Source: Zygnema circumcarinatum SAG 698-1b
Taxonomy: Eukaryota > Plantae > Zygnematophyceae
Assembly (NCBI GenBank): GCA_037447605.1
Contig: CM074807.1
Span: 1,736,001 to 1,800,000, forward strand
DNA: 64,000 nt
Reading direction: 5' to 3'
In this document: in pieces, positions 21,951-35,179 of the stretch
Numbering within the stretch: position 1 is the first letter of the stretch
How the letters are laid out: the number at the start of each line of letters is the position of its first letter
Program-made: the position numbers and the translations under genes
The notes under the pieces: generated by a model
Seen by the model: the letters and a program-made list of their open reading frames with translations, nothing else
What the model was told of the DNA's origin: nothing
The model's database searches: none

Positions 21951-24900
21951 ATGGCGGCTGCGGGCAAGATAGCGTGGGTGCCATGGCGGAGAGTCAGGAC
22001 GGCTAATGGCGCACAGGACGAGGCGCCGGCGGCGGGGACGGCGCTCAGCTTTCAGCCGTTCCGAGAGGGTCCGACGCAGCCAGTGTTGCAAAAGAAGTGC
22101 AGAGAGTTTAGACTGGAGGGTGGCTGGCGCAGTAGTCGGAAACGTGTGGTGAGTTGAACCTTTTGTTCTCGAGAAAAGGCTGTCAGTAGGAGGGCAGAAG
22201 AAAGTGACTGCATGCGATTGTTCTTAATTTCATGATTTTATGATGTTTTTGTTTGTCTCTGCGCAAAGGCTTGTCTTTTGTTATAGAATTACTTTAATAA
22301 AGAATATGGCTGTGAGGGGTCAAAACTCAAGCGCACATTCAAAAATTTCAACCACATGTCTTCTTGGGATAGCCTTCGCATTTCTATGATAAAAATTCTT
22401 CAATTCAAGCTTTTGATTTTCATGACTCTTTCTGCAAGATACCGATGATTATTCCTGGTAGTCTGCCGGCACTATTAACGGTCTGAACTGGCTACCGAGC
22501 TCATCCATTGTACGTCTATGTTCTGTTCTTCGGCTCAGGTTTTTGCTGTCACAAATTCAGCTACTTGGAACGGGAACGTAGTGATGCCCACCATGCAGTC
22601 ACACCACTGGAATGGAGCCGCCTTCGGGTCACAGGCAATACAGGAGCTGGCAATGCGGGAAGCTCGGTCCGATCACAGACTGCGAATCTTCTCAGGAACC
22701 GCCAATCCCCAGCTGGCTCAGGTGTCTATGCATATTCTTCTTGCTAGTGCATCATTAGTGCATACTTGAAATTTTCTAAGAGCTTTCACCACTTTGAGCT
22801 GATGTGGCACTTAGTATGTCCATCTTCAGGCTTCTGCACTTCTGCTGCTCCACACTAATCAGGCCTTGTGCCGTGTGTTAGTCCACCTCGTCTTGGTCGT
22901 TGTTTTTTTTTTATAAATAGTGGAGTATTCTGTCTGGATATGTTTTCTTCAACCTCACTTGTACCAAGCTTATGATTTTTCGCAGGAAATCGCTTGTTAC
23001 ATGGGCTTGGACTTAGGCGCTATTAAAATTAAACGCTTTGCAGATGGAGAGATATATGTGCAGCTACAAGAGAGTGTGCGAGGCTGTGACGTTTTTCTCG
23101 TTCAGCCTACTTGCCCTCCTGCTAATGAAAATTTGATGGAGCTCCTCATCATGATTGATGCTTGTCGGAGAGCCTCCGCGAAGAATATTACCGCTGTTAT
23201 TCCTTACTTCGGCTATGCAAGAGCAGATAGAAAGGTGTGGCTCAATTTTTCTTGAACAAAAGTTGTCATACAAATGCTATGTGCCATTCGCAGGTCAAGT
23301 TGACCTTAAGATCCACTTAAGCAATTGACCTCTAACGGATACATAGGTTAAAGATTGCTTGCAAAGGAATATTGTAATAGTTCAGTGCTTTTCATCATAC
23401 AGGTGGTGGTGACGCAAAAGTGTAATTGCCTGTTTGTTGTGGCGCAGACTCAAGGACGAGAGTCAATCGCTGCCAAACTTGTTGCAAATCTTATTACTGA
23501 GGCCGGCGCAAACAGGGTTCTAGCCTGTGATCTACACTCCGGCCAATCCATGGGGTATTTCGATATTCCAGTTGACCATGTATATGGACAGGTGATTTTT
23601 GTTTCCAACCCGTGAACTGTCAAGGCTCAACGCAAAGCTCCTTCTGGAATGCCGAATTGTTCTGTTGTATAATGATTGGGTCACCTTGCACAACCTCCCT
23701 CTTCAGGAAGACTCACATGTAGTGTAGCTTAATATATATGAAGCATTTAGAGTCAGCTTATGCATGAAGCACTTCAATCATTTCTGTAGTTTTCTGTTGC
23801 TGAGTAGATTTAAAGCCCATAGCCAAAGCAATCTTCTTTGTGCACGCAGCCTGTCATCTTAGACTACCTCGCAAGCAAAATGATCTCGTCAAACGACCTG
23901 GTGGTTGTATCCCCGGACGTGGGCGGAGTTGCAAGGGCGCGAGCATTTGCAAAAAAACTGTCCGATGCACCTCTTGCCATTGTGGACAAGCGACGGCAGG
24001 GGCACAATGTATCTGAGGTGAGGGCACAAAATAAAGTACATCCTTCCCTACTTAGTCATATAACGGAACTAGGGAGATCCGGGTTTCACGACCTCCTGTC
24101 TGTTTTGTCGTGCGTGGTCACTTGCTGAGTTATTCTAAACATCGAGCACAGCCCAAGCCACTCCTTTCGACATACGAGTCCTTGATACTTACTCTCCCAC
24201 GTTTTGGATGGCAAGATAATTGACAAGAATTGAGTGCACTTCCCTGTACCACTTCACTGCTCATAGTAAGATTCGTTTTAGCAGAAGTAAGGCTCAGGTT
24301 TATGTCAACCGTACGTGTTTGATGCTGAGTACAGCTATCGCAAAGTGCCCGTGGCCTAACCATCCCGGGATGCTTTGCGTTGGCTGTACTGTAGGGCCCA
24401 AGGGAAGAGTGGGATCCGACTGCGGTAAGACGAGGATGGAGTTCAGATGGATATGTCTGCGATGCTCACTGTTTGAGACGTCAAGCTCTGTTAGTGGGCA
24501 TGTTACTTGGAAGTTCCGTTGTTTATGTTCGACAAATTCCAGTTGTTCGCGCTTCTGACTTAGTAGCTGTATGTTTTATAGTGCTTTTGAACTTACCATC
24601 TATTCGTCCTCCCATGGCCTTCTCTTGGCTTCAGGTCATGAACCTCATTGGCGACGTTAAGGGCAAGGTTGCTGTTATGGTGGATGACATGATTGACACG
24701 GCAGGTGATTTCCTTTTACTCTTCTGCATCTCCTTGCATCTCTTGTTGTGTGTTACAGTACTTGAGATGGGATAACTTACCAAACGTGTAAAATGCAATA
24801 ATACTAGAGATTGTCATCACCAAATTGTTGTGATGAGGCATACAATTTTTATCTTTCATGTATGCAAGGAGCCAAACATGCCAAAGTCCGATTTCCAAGG

Positions 24901-26156
24901 AACAGTTCATGATTCTGTACAGTCTCTTATACAAGTGCTGTTCAAAGAGCAATATGAGCACATTAGTAGATAACCAGCGAATAGAGGCGAACAATCAGTT
25001 ATGTCGCAGATTGGCCAGCAAACATTATTAAAGTGCTTAAAGAGATCGTGCAACGCTAGTGGCGTCCCTATAACTGAGAACAGTGTAAAACAAGTCAACA
25101 GTAGACTGACTTTGGCTGTTTGGAATTTCACTTTCCTTGTAACTCTTGCTGAGTATCACCCTGGTGTAGCGTTTGAGTGGAAGATTCAGGTAGAATCGTG
25201 TATTCTGGCACGAAGCAGCATTGGGCAATCGACCCTTTGATGTTACTTGACGTTTAGAAGGATGACCAGAGACTTAGAGACATGTAGGGGATGAAAATAT
25301 ATCCCTGCTGATCTAATGAGGACTTCCTTTAGGGTGGTATTACTTTATGTTGGAGATACAATATGTACTTGAGCCCGAAGGCGTTCCTCCTGTCGTGTCG
25401 CACACGTGACGTTTGTGGGAGCTCCTTCCTATCAATCCTATCGCCTTCACTCATGACATCTCGATAATTGATGAGCACTGCCTTGAATGACCCGACACAT
25501 CTTGATGAGTTGATTACTGCAGCTTCAACATATTGAGCAACCCCGTTGGAACCAATGTAGGCTATTTTTCTTTTTGTTGCTTTCCACTAAGCTACCAGAA
25601 CCTTAAATTATTGAATATTGCCAATGGATTCCAGGTACCATTGCCAATGGAGCAGCCTTGCTGCATCAAGAAGGAGCTCGGGAAGTCTTTGCGTGCTGTA
25701 CACATGCGGTTTTCAGGTGAGCCATTTGCAGACGTATTGAGAGAAACAGAAGCCGAGGTTCATGGTTTTTTCAGCAGGTTCTCAGTTTAAAAGCTTGATA
25801 TTCCGTATCAAAACCTTTGTACTGCATTCCAGTTCAGCAGCTTGCATGTGGAGGACATGGTTGCATATGAGCTACAGAATGGGGTTGATTCCTGCTGTGC
25901 TGTATGTGAATAAGCCTGCCTAAGGTCCGTGCAGGAATGTGATCGCTGATGTGATGACCGTCCCGTTGTGTGCAGTCCACCAGCGGTTGAGCGGCTATCA
26001 GGAGGCCTTTTTCAAGAAGTTATCATCACCAACACAATTCCAGTGAAAGAAGCGAACTTGTTTCCACAATTGACAGTTTTGTCTGTGGCGAATCTTTTAG
26101 GCGAAACCATTTGGCGAGTTCACGATGACAGCTCTGTGAGTAGCATCTTCCGGTAA
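21951..26156 (+). CDS. PRS: Ribose-phosphate pyrophosphokinase (class I PRPP synthase) with probable plastid transit peptide
   Basis: [60 protein letters not shown] and THAVFS across 9 GT-AG-joined exons; long N-terminal extension. Confidence 0.96.
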
Positions 26157-27788
26157 TTCGTGCAGGATCCTTCGTCTGGGTCTAGAGGAGCCCAACTACA
26201 TGCCAATTTTTTTTGACAAACGAAACCCCGTTTGGTTGCAAAGAAATGCTGCCCACCTGAGCTGGCCTGGTTCAGTGCACATTGGCGCACGCCCTAAGTA
26301 ATAGCGCTGCGCGTAACCAGGCCAGTTAAGGAGGGTTATTTCTGCCAAATTGGCACTATCAATTTTTGTTCGAGTTGAAATAAATGAAAGGCCCTTCAGC
26401 GGTGTATGGAGTTGTTGTTTCGGAGCTATGCGGTCTGCTGCGGATTTTCTGTGAAGGGCCTTTTTTCAGCGCCTATGCACTTCCCCCACGTCCATTTATT
26501 GAAGCACAGCAGCAGTCTCGTTCTCCAAGAGGCAAGCAGTAGACTGAAGCAATCTGGAGCTCTCCTGTGGCTGCCAGGCACCGTATGAGCTGAGCGCTGC
26601 CCCGGGCCTCGACATTGACTGAAGTGCGTTTAGCAGCTGCTGGGACTTGGAGCTGCCTGCGGCGCTAGATCCTATTAGAGAAGGGACTGGGGCTGCCCTG
26701 CAGTCCTACCCCTGATTCTGTCTGTCTCTCCTGCTGCCGTGGGAGAGGGAGGGAGCAATGGCCGCGTGCTGTGTTATTGTCCTCTCCAAAGAGATGCTGC
26801 CTTTTAGGTCCCCATGCTGCAGGGGTGTGCTTGTATAGCCAGCCACTCCTGTAGGTGCGAAGTCTGCATTAGGACCTCTTCTTGTTATAATGTCATGTTT
26901 TCTCTTTGGGTTGGATGGAGTCTGCCAGTCTGCTGTAGGATTTCGGGCATGGCGGCATGTCTTCTGTACGGAGAAGCGGTCTCTGCGAATTCTTCAAGTG
27001 TGCGCTTTGCAACCCCAACTCAAAACCTAAGTTTTCTGAAGCCGTCCACTCGTGTGATCGCCTCCCTGTGAGCGGGTTTCCATTGAGGGTACACGGTAAC
27101 GCATGTCCAATCACAGCTCGCTACAGTAGGGGGTGTCGGACTGCTCAGAACTGCCCAGAACCGTCTTTGAGGTAACAGGAAGGACGGATGAAAGGGAAAG
27201 GAGACAAGGAAAAAATATCTACACGAAATTGAGAAGTTGAGAAGGGCAAAAACAGCGAGCTTGTAAGGAAAAGCAAACTCTGTGAAAGGAAGATAAGAAA
27301 TAACGATGTAAAAGAACCTCCACAGATTTCCCTTGGCCAAGCTGCTGTTGCCATGGTGACTGGCCAGCTGGAAATGAAGCGTACTTTTGAGCCCAGGCTT
27401 TGTGGCTGAATGAAGTGGGGCAAAGAACCTGACGATAATTTCAAAGCCATTTCCCACAGGGAGCGGCGGCAGTAGCTGTTGGAATACGATTGACCATTGG
27501 GACACAACCACATTCCTCCCCCTTGAGGAGTGCTCGTAAGTACACACGCGGTTTGAAGGAGCTTATGCACAGCTCTCTCTGAACTACGTTACATGGATCC
27601 CCATCTACAAAGATCTGTTTGCACTTTCGTGAAGTACTGCTGCAATTCGGTAAACAGTCGAATTCAAAACTGCCTTTGTACACTCACTCTTGTAGCCTAT
27701 TCACATTTTACAAAAGCCAAAAACACACACGATGCCGCTCTCCACCCTAACGAGAAGACGTGCGAGTGTGAGACCACCTTCAAGGATT

Positions 27789-30700
27789 TCAACTCGTTGC
27801 CTCCTCATCGATTGGAGACCCCAAAATGGGCTTCCGGACGTCTCCAAAGAAGTCGCCAAAGTAGCCTTCCGGCTCGTACACAAACTTGCCAATGATGTCT
27901 CGGAGGGTCACCACGCCCTGGACGTCGCCGGCCTCGTCCACCACATAGAGGCGGTGGATCCGGGACGCACTGAGGCGCAAAATGACGTCTTTCAGAGACT
28001 CCTTGACTTTGCAGGTGATGGGCGGACTGATGACAGGGCGGGGGTCGTCTGTCGAGCCGTGTGGTGCCAAGACTCCCTCTATGAACTCCTTCACGGTTAA
28101 GGTGCTGCATTGCAGGAGACTCCTACGAATCAGCTCGCTTACTGTCCCTATTTCTTTCCTTGCATCTTCCCTTACACCACCCTCTCCACCTTTTCTTCCT
28201 CCTCCCACCCCTTTCCTACTGATCTTCTCTCCTCCGACTTCCCTCCACGAAACTCTCACTGCTTCTACAGAGTACTCTATATAAAGAGTACAGAACAAAC
28301 AAAGCAGGAAAAAAGAAAAAGAGCCAGCCAAAACGTGCGAGGGAGATTGGAACATACTTCTTCTTGAAGAACTCAGGACTATTAATGAGATAGCGAATGT
28401 CGCGGGTGCTAACGTTAGCAACGAGTCGATTGCTTCCTGTCGCCACCACAGCCACACCGCCGATCCCCTTCTCGGACATTTTCTGGAACGCTTCCAAAAT
28501 GGGCCGGGTGTCATCCACCTGCACAACAGGAAGGAGATTGAACCAGCCCCGATGAGAACTGTGAATGGAAGCTACACCGAATGCAGCATTTGGGTTAGAC
28601 TACGAAATGCGAAAACTGAAGGCTGAAACCCAGAAATCAAAGTGGGCTGCTTGCTCTTCAACTACCATGCATCGCTTGCCCTGCACAATTTTGCCAACTT
28701 GGAAAATGACAGGAAGTGCCCAACTCGATGTTTGTATGATTTTGATTCTAAACTAGCATGAGACTTTTCGAGGTTCTGCCTATGTGACTGGAAGTCTTCT
28801 TGCCTTACTTGAATGCTTTGTAAATCGATTAAACCGCCTCAAACTATCTTGGACAAAGCCCAAGGAGCAATTCCAACTAAATGCGCTCGTGTATTATGGC
28901 ATAGTCATGGCAGCTCACAAATCTACATGGGTCAAAATGCAACAGCTTGACTGTGTTTCCCTCCCAACCCTTTCAAATCAGTTGAGCGCTCCTCACCTTC
29001 ACCACCTGGTCAGGTGACATCAGAGGAAGGCCCAACTTTTCCAACGACTGGCTGGCGATATGGTCAAACCAGTGAAGCCCATCGCACTCTGCAAGAAGGT
29101 CAGTTACAGCCAGTTGTGTGATAATGTTCTTCACTTGCGGCTCCCCACTCGTGACGACAGGGACGCTCTTCAAGCGATACTTGGAAACTAATAGCAACAA
29201 GGTCAGCAGCGAGTCCTCGGGCTGAACCGGTAAAAATGGACCCCATCTGAATGTTCCAGCAATGTCAGACACCTGCATACATCGAACATTAGTCAGAACT
29301 GCAAATCGGTGTAAGTCTCTTAGAATATTTCCCGTCTTCCATTAACAGCACTCTCCTATTCTCCACGTACTCTTCCAATCTAATATTCCCTTCCATTGGA
29401 AAATTAAATACTAGGGCAGGGCGTATCTTTATGAGCTGGGTCGCAGGCATTGAACAGTTTCAGGAAGCATGGGACAGTTGACGCTGGCCGATATCAGCAT
29501 CTAATGTGATGAGGGTATCCAACCTTCTCCCATGTGATGTTGTTCGCAACCAGATCAAACATTAAGACATCATTCTCCGAATGACGTTTCAGTGGCACAC
29601 TACCAGTCATTAAATATATGACTCTAGGTCGTGGAGAAGTTGTGCCTTACCTTCACTTCCTTTACAATGCCGGACTCCTTAATGGACTTGAAAAAGTCTC
29701 CACCCAGAAACTCTGAAAGTGCCAGGCCTGACTTTCCTGGACCTCTCATCATGGCACCTGCGCTGAGCACTGCTCCAGCAGAAGCTCCTGCAACCAGCCC
29801 AGCAGCTGCCAGCCCTCCGGTGGCACCTACGGCAAGAGCCCCAAGCCCCATGGCTGCACTTCCAGCAATGGTGCCGGCAGCAGTTGCCCCAACAGTGACG
29901 CCGGCTGCTGCAACATTAGCCTGCAGAGACACGCACATTTGTAGAAACAGCTTCAACGCAATGCTTCAAGTCGTAACCAATCTTTCACGCTTTCAGATGA
30001 CTTCCGTGTCTCAATAAAATGGCTGTGTAAATGATGAGAACAAGCAAGACAATCGAGATTATCGATACTCAGTTCAGGTCATGCCTCAATTAGGTTCGAG
30101 TTGCTTAAGCTGCTACCTATAAGCTCGCTAAATGACCTGAACCTGCCTTGACGTGAGGTGCAGGTAGTCAATCTTGCGTCGTCACAATTTCAGACTTGTC
30201 AGCTCATAACACCACAATTAGCTCATCTGAACGTTAATAATTAAAGCACCAGCATATCATTTTTGCCTAAGCAAGGGATAAGGCAGGCCATAAAAACTGA
30301 AATTACACGAATTACCTACCAGGCCAAGGACGAATAACACGATGCCTGAAAAGTCCACCATTCCAATGTATCGATCGATCCAGCCGGCATCATCAGCAGC
30401 ATTGACATCACGCACAGGTGCACTGAATATGTGGTGATGAGAAAGGACTTCCAATGCCGTCTCCACACTCATATCTGACTTCAGCTCGATTACTGCAAGA
30501 ATCACACAAAACAAGAAGAAATTAGTGACTTAAAGTTTATGTATGGAGTACTGAGCGTAGGTGAGCGTAACTCCTAAAGCAAGAACTTGGGCCTTGATGG
30601 TCCTCGTCCAAATACTGAAATTGCCCAGGTCTCTAATACTTTATTTTTGTCAACTTCTTTTAAGGAAGCAGTGAACTGTAATGCACTGAACATATATGAA

Positions 30701-31190
30701 TAACTGACAGTCAAAGTGTGATAACTGAGAATACACAAACAATTAAGGATAGTATCCAACTCTTAAATGTTCTTGACATATCAGAAAGGAGATGCAAAGT
30801 TCAATTAAGTTGACGTATTTCCAAGCATACAGCTGAAAGGCCAATTGATTTGTCAGGAACAAGACAGTGACGTATGCATGCCCTCCTTAAAAACTGCCTG
30901 AAAAAGAAGTCCTTCCCTTCACAGCTATATGCTCAGCAAAAAAAATATATACAAACTCCAATTGTACCTTGCGGCACCTGCGGGAAAAGCGAGACTGTGA
31001 GCCGATCAAACGCCCAGTTCAAGGCATCCAGCTCCCGCTCTCCCTCACTGCGCATCTGCCTGCCCTCCGCAACGGTCCTGCTCTCCAACTCCTTCCTCTC
31101 CCACAGCTCCTCAATCCTCTCCTTCAGCGACAATTCTTGCGGAGCCCCCTCCTTCACTACGAGGGCGCCCTCCATCCTCCCCTCCTGCAT
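27789..31190 (-). CDS. SnRK1 regulatory subunit gamma-like (KING1-type) CBS-domain protein
   Basis: RIEELW, SAPVRDV...WIDRYIG, GTFRWGPF, LLLLVSKYRLKSVPVV, IHRLYVVD and TLRDII...EPEGYFGDFF match plant KINgamma. Start taken at MQEGRM (31190); the frame is open upstream to an ATG at 31529. Confidence 0.92.
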
Positions 31191-31527
31191 CCTGCACTCC
31201 TCGCCAATAAAGAGTCTCCGAGAAAGGAAGAGAAGCCCTCGGAAAGAACCCGCTCGTCCCGACTCTTTCTCTCGCTCTTGCTCTCGCTCTCTCTCTCTCC
31301 GCCTTTGCCTCGCTGGAAGGGGCGGCTTCAGGGAGTGCCGACGTGGCGTACGGCCCCGCCTGCTGACGACGCGTGGCTCGGCGCCTCGCCGCCAGACGCG
31401 GAGGTGCTGCCACGTGGGCCTGCCTCCGCGCAGGGCTTGAACCCCCGCGGAGCGGCCCCAAGGGCGGAGGGAGGAGACAGCTTGCGCTGAGGGGAGGAGG
31501 GAGAGAGAGAGGGAGGGAGAGGGAGCC

Positions 31528-33684
31528 ATGGCTGCCGCTGCTGCTGCCTGTGCTGCTGCTACTGCGGCTGCTGCTGCTCCTGCGTCCTGCCGGTCATGGA
31601 GCTGTGAGCGCAAGCAGACGGCGCAGGTCCTCGGTTGGAGGAGCGGCGCGCTCTGCCGGAAGGTGGCTCTGCCTCTACAGGGGCTGGCAAGGAGAAGGGA
31701 GCTGCCGGCTGCAGGGGAGAGGAGGACTGTGCGCGCAGAGGCTTACAGTGGAGATGTGCGACAGTATGGGACTAGCGCGCAGTATGTGCAGGAGGAGGAT
31801 CCGGAGGAGGCCAACAAACGAGCGGTGGTAGGGACCTGCTCGGAGAAAGTTTTAACTGCTTGAGGCAGCATTCAACATTTGCTGGTGTGGTCTGACATGA
31901 AGGAGGCATTGAACATAGGAGGAAGTGTGTTCGCTGTTTCAAGCTTTCAGGATAGTACTTTCGACAGTGGAAACCTGGAGACTAATGGGAAAACTGTTCT
32001 TATCTTCTGAGTAGTGATTCATTCTCAATGGCTTGCAACGTAGTAAACTTTCTTTGTGAAGGCGGCTGCACGGAGTTTTTTGAACGGATTTGAGCTCAGC
32101 ATTACAGCACAAATCACTTTGTTTCGAAAAATACTTTTCACAGATTAAGAATCGCATATTCCATTTTTCTGAAAAGGCCTTTCATGTCATTCATTTACAA
32201 TTTCGGAAAATCCGAGTACTTAGGTTTCCTGTTTCGAGTTGAGTTTGTAATCTGTGTGTGCTACTTGGGTGGACGTCCAGGTTGTGAAGCGATTGGAGAG
32301 CACTGCAAGATATTTTCGCAGGCTTGGAGCGCTGGGCTTTTGGGGCCAACTAGTGTGCAGTGTAGTTGCTGCGGTGATCCTGGCCTTCTCTGTGGTTGTG
32401 ACGGGCAAGGCAACAGCTCCTGTAACGACCTATCTCACATGCGCGGGCATTGCTGCGGCGTTTCTGTCTACATTTTGGTCGTATGGATACATGCGACTAG
32501 CAAATCGTCTGCAATCAGTGCTCAATAATCCCAGCAAGGCAAGCGCCATTCGTCTCCTTGCATCCTTTATTTACCTGTCGCATCAAGCGGTTGACTGAGC
32601 CGTTTGTACACTTCTTGAATAATCAATCCGCCTCACTTTAGGTCAAGCATATGCGTCGTTGCACTTTTGCGTCAGATGATGCTCAGCTGCTTGGAGTATT
32701 CTCTTCCCTCTTATGAATTTAGACGTTTAAGTTTTGTCTTCCTTCGTTGTCCTCATCTTTTTTTCGTTTTTTTGGGTTACAGGCACCATCTAGAGCGTCG
32801 GTGATAGACAACCTGAAAGGTGGACTCATCATCAACCTTCTTGGAACAGGGGCAGCTCTCCTCGGTTTGCAAGCAACTGTTGGAGTGCTTGTAGCCAAGG
32901 CTTTGACTTCTACGTACACACCCTTTTCAGCAGGAGCACCTCCTGGTTACAGCCCTGTGTTGGCTCTGGATGTCTTCTTAGTTCAGGTAAGTTACTATAT
33001 CTCACCGGACTTCATAAAATGAAGCAATCATTTTGAATGATAATAGACTCAAGACTATGATTGACGTGATTTACATTAGAAGGGATCTCAAGTTGAGAAG
33101 TTTTGAATACTGCAGGATCTACCCTACACTTTCGTACCCTTAGAATACTGAATGCTGTTGGAAACAGCGCCCACGGAGCATTTGTTTTTTTTTTTCAAAA
33201 AGACAATTGATCTGTTGTGCCCAGACTTGCAATCTGCAATTTAGTCGTGTCAATGGAAACATCTGAATGTGCTGCTGGTAAGAGATATAAGTCATGTGAT
33301 GGACTCGACCAAGGCCACTTGGAAAGTGCCCCTCCTAAGCACTGCTAGGCCTTTCTTACCCGGATTTCGAGAATTAGATTTAGATGCTTCTAAGGATGCA
33401 TGCGGAGGCTAACCAACCTCTAATGAGTCAATGGCGTGTACAGCATTTTGTATGGGCTGGGTAAAGTCTGCAAAATCAGACTGGAACCAGGACAACTCTT
33501 TTGATTCAAGTACGATTTGGGCTCTCCTCGTACCTCAAAACTGATGGTTGCCAAGTGTGGCTCGCAGGCCTCTGGCAACACACTCCTCGCTCACTTCATT
33601 GGGCTTGGATTTACTCTTGAATTGCTTCGAGCTTTGACTCTGCAACTACCACCTCCTGATTCCGTCATCCCCAAGCCTGCTTAG
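31528..33684 (+). CDS. PIC1: Plastid inner-envelope permease PIC1/TIC21 with transit peptide, 4 exons
   Basis: Ala/Ser/Arg-rich N-terminus, then VVKRLESTARYFRRLGALGFWGQLVCSVVAAVIL, NLLGTGAALLGLQATVGVLVAKALT, PVLALDVFLVQASGNTLLAHF; intron 2 is GC-AG. Confidence 0.93.
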
Positions 33685-34054
33685 CTTCGCGGACCGGGGA
33701 CTTCAGCTTTACACTTTGTAGATTTCTTCTGAGGCAGTTGGACATTGTTCAAGATGTTTTGCTGCAGCCATCTCCGACACACCATAGGTTTGCCATTGTT
33801 ATAGGTTATGAGGCGGATGGTTCTGCATTGCCTCTTGTATCCCTACTCGATTGATGGACAGCGAATTTGTTGATAGACCTAATTTTGTAAATCTTTGAAC
33901 TTAGTCTTTTGAATAACATAACGGCGTGAGTTTACTTCATTCAACTAAGCAGGCGATGTGATGATGACCTCTGTTGCCCTCTTGATCCTTCTCACCAGCA
34001 TTTTAGATGAGGACCTTTGGGAGGCAAACAACTTTCCCTCAAGCTCGAGGTGCG

Positions 34055-34283
34055 CCATTCAACGGTGCAGGCGCGTCCTTCCCCCAGGCAGGACCATCAA
34101 AGGGCGCGGGCACGTCCATCCGCCCGCAAGCCATCGACGGCAGCGGAGCACCATTGCAGGCTGCATCCGACGGTCTATCTGCGTTCCGTCTTGCTCCATC
34201 CAACGGCTCATGCATGTGCATTGGCGGTCTTCAATCTGACGGCACAACAGCGTCCATTGCTGTGCCGACATCATCCAACGGCT
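34055..34283 (+). promoter_or_regulatory. Cluster of six co-oriented ATC(C/T)RACGG-like motifs, including two exact MSA-type YCYAACGGYY sites
   Basis: Motifs at 34055, 34131, 34164, 34197, 34233 and 34272; TCCAACGGCT at 34199 and 34274. Confidence 0.35.
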
Positions 34284-34563
34284 CAGGCGAGCCCATCCTT
34301 TCCAGTCCGCTGGAACGCGGGTGGGCTCGCCCCCGAGGGACCGGTACGAGCCTTCCTGCAGCTCTGCTCGGGCAACCATTACGCTTCGGTTTGATTTCGA
34401 AAGCAGTACTTCACATGACGCACTGCCTACACACTTTGCACGATACCGGTACTAGTTTCGAATGAATTTCATCTGGGAAATTTTAAAGATTGGACTCGCC
34501 ACACAGAGAGAGGATGTGAGTGGAAACATCAATCTCGCGATGGGGCGAGGCCGTAACAAGAAC

Positions 34564-34602
34564 ATAATAATGATAATAATAATAATAATAATAATAATAA
34601 TA
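34564..34602. repeat. (ATA)n microsatellite
   Basis: About 13 ATA units with one interruption. Confidence 0.9.
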
Positions 34603-34788
34603 GGATGGGGAACTGGCATTGATCTCACGATGGCGAGGCCATCAAATGTACATGGACAAAACCAGCATGGGGAACCACGAGGAACTGGTCGCAAGGACTT
34701 CAGCACAAACGAAAAAATAATGTACTTGGGCCCAAGGCAGCGCGGGTCGGGAACCACGAGGAAGGAGAGGAGCCAGAGACGCCGCGAG

Positions 34789-35179
34789 TAGGGATGGCCC
34801 GCGTTATAAATTCCGAATAAATTATATATTTTACAACGGGTTTAAAAGTAGTAATATATTACAAAGTAAAACACTTTATTACATATATTATACCCACTCG
34901 TTTTGAACAATTAACGACCGTACGACCGTACTCGTAAGGTCGCACGGTCGTACCATACCAAAATTAGGTCGTTTTGGCGTTGGCGTTGCGAAATGCGTCC
35001 GTCTGGTTCACACTGTCTGCTCGTGCATCCGTACCGCATAATACCGTACAGTCGTTCGACCGTACGACCGTCCGACTGTACATGTTGTAAAGGCGTTGTA
35101 AATTAATATATATCAGCCGTTATCTAGTCGTCAAAGTTGTACTAATATATATTATATAGTCGTAACTAATCCATCCCTA
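34789..35179. mobile_element. Non-autonomous hAT (Ac/Ds-type) MITE, 391 bp
   Basis: 9-bp TIRs TAGGGATGG (34789) and CCATCCCTA (35171-35179); identical 8-bp flanks GCCGCGAG at 34781-34788 and 35180-35187; AT-rich interior with five CCGTAC motifs. An 8-bp TSD and TAGGGATG end are hAT hallmarks. Confidence 0.88.

Noticed and set aside
25284-25307. Ac-like TAGGGGATGAAAA...ATCCCTG in a PRS intron
   Set aside because: Imperfect, only about 24 bp long, and no TSD.
26387-26463. 12-bp inverted repeat (AAAGGCCCTTCA/TGAAGGGCCTTT) as a miRNA precursor
   Set aside because: The stem does not extend beyond 12 bp, too short for a plant pre-miRNA.
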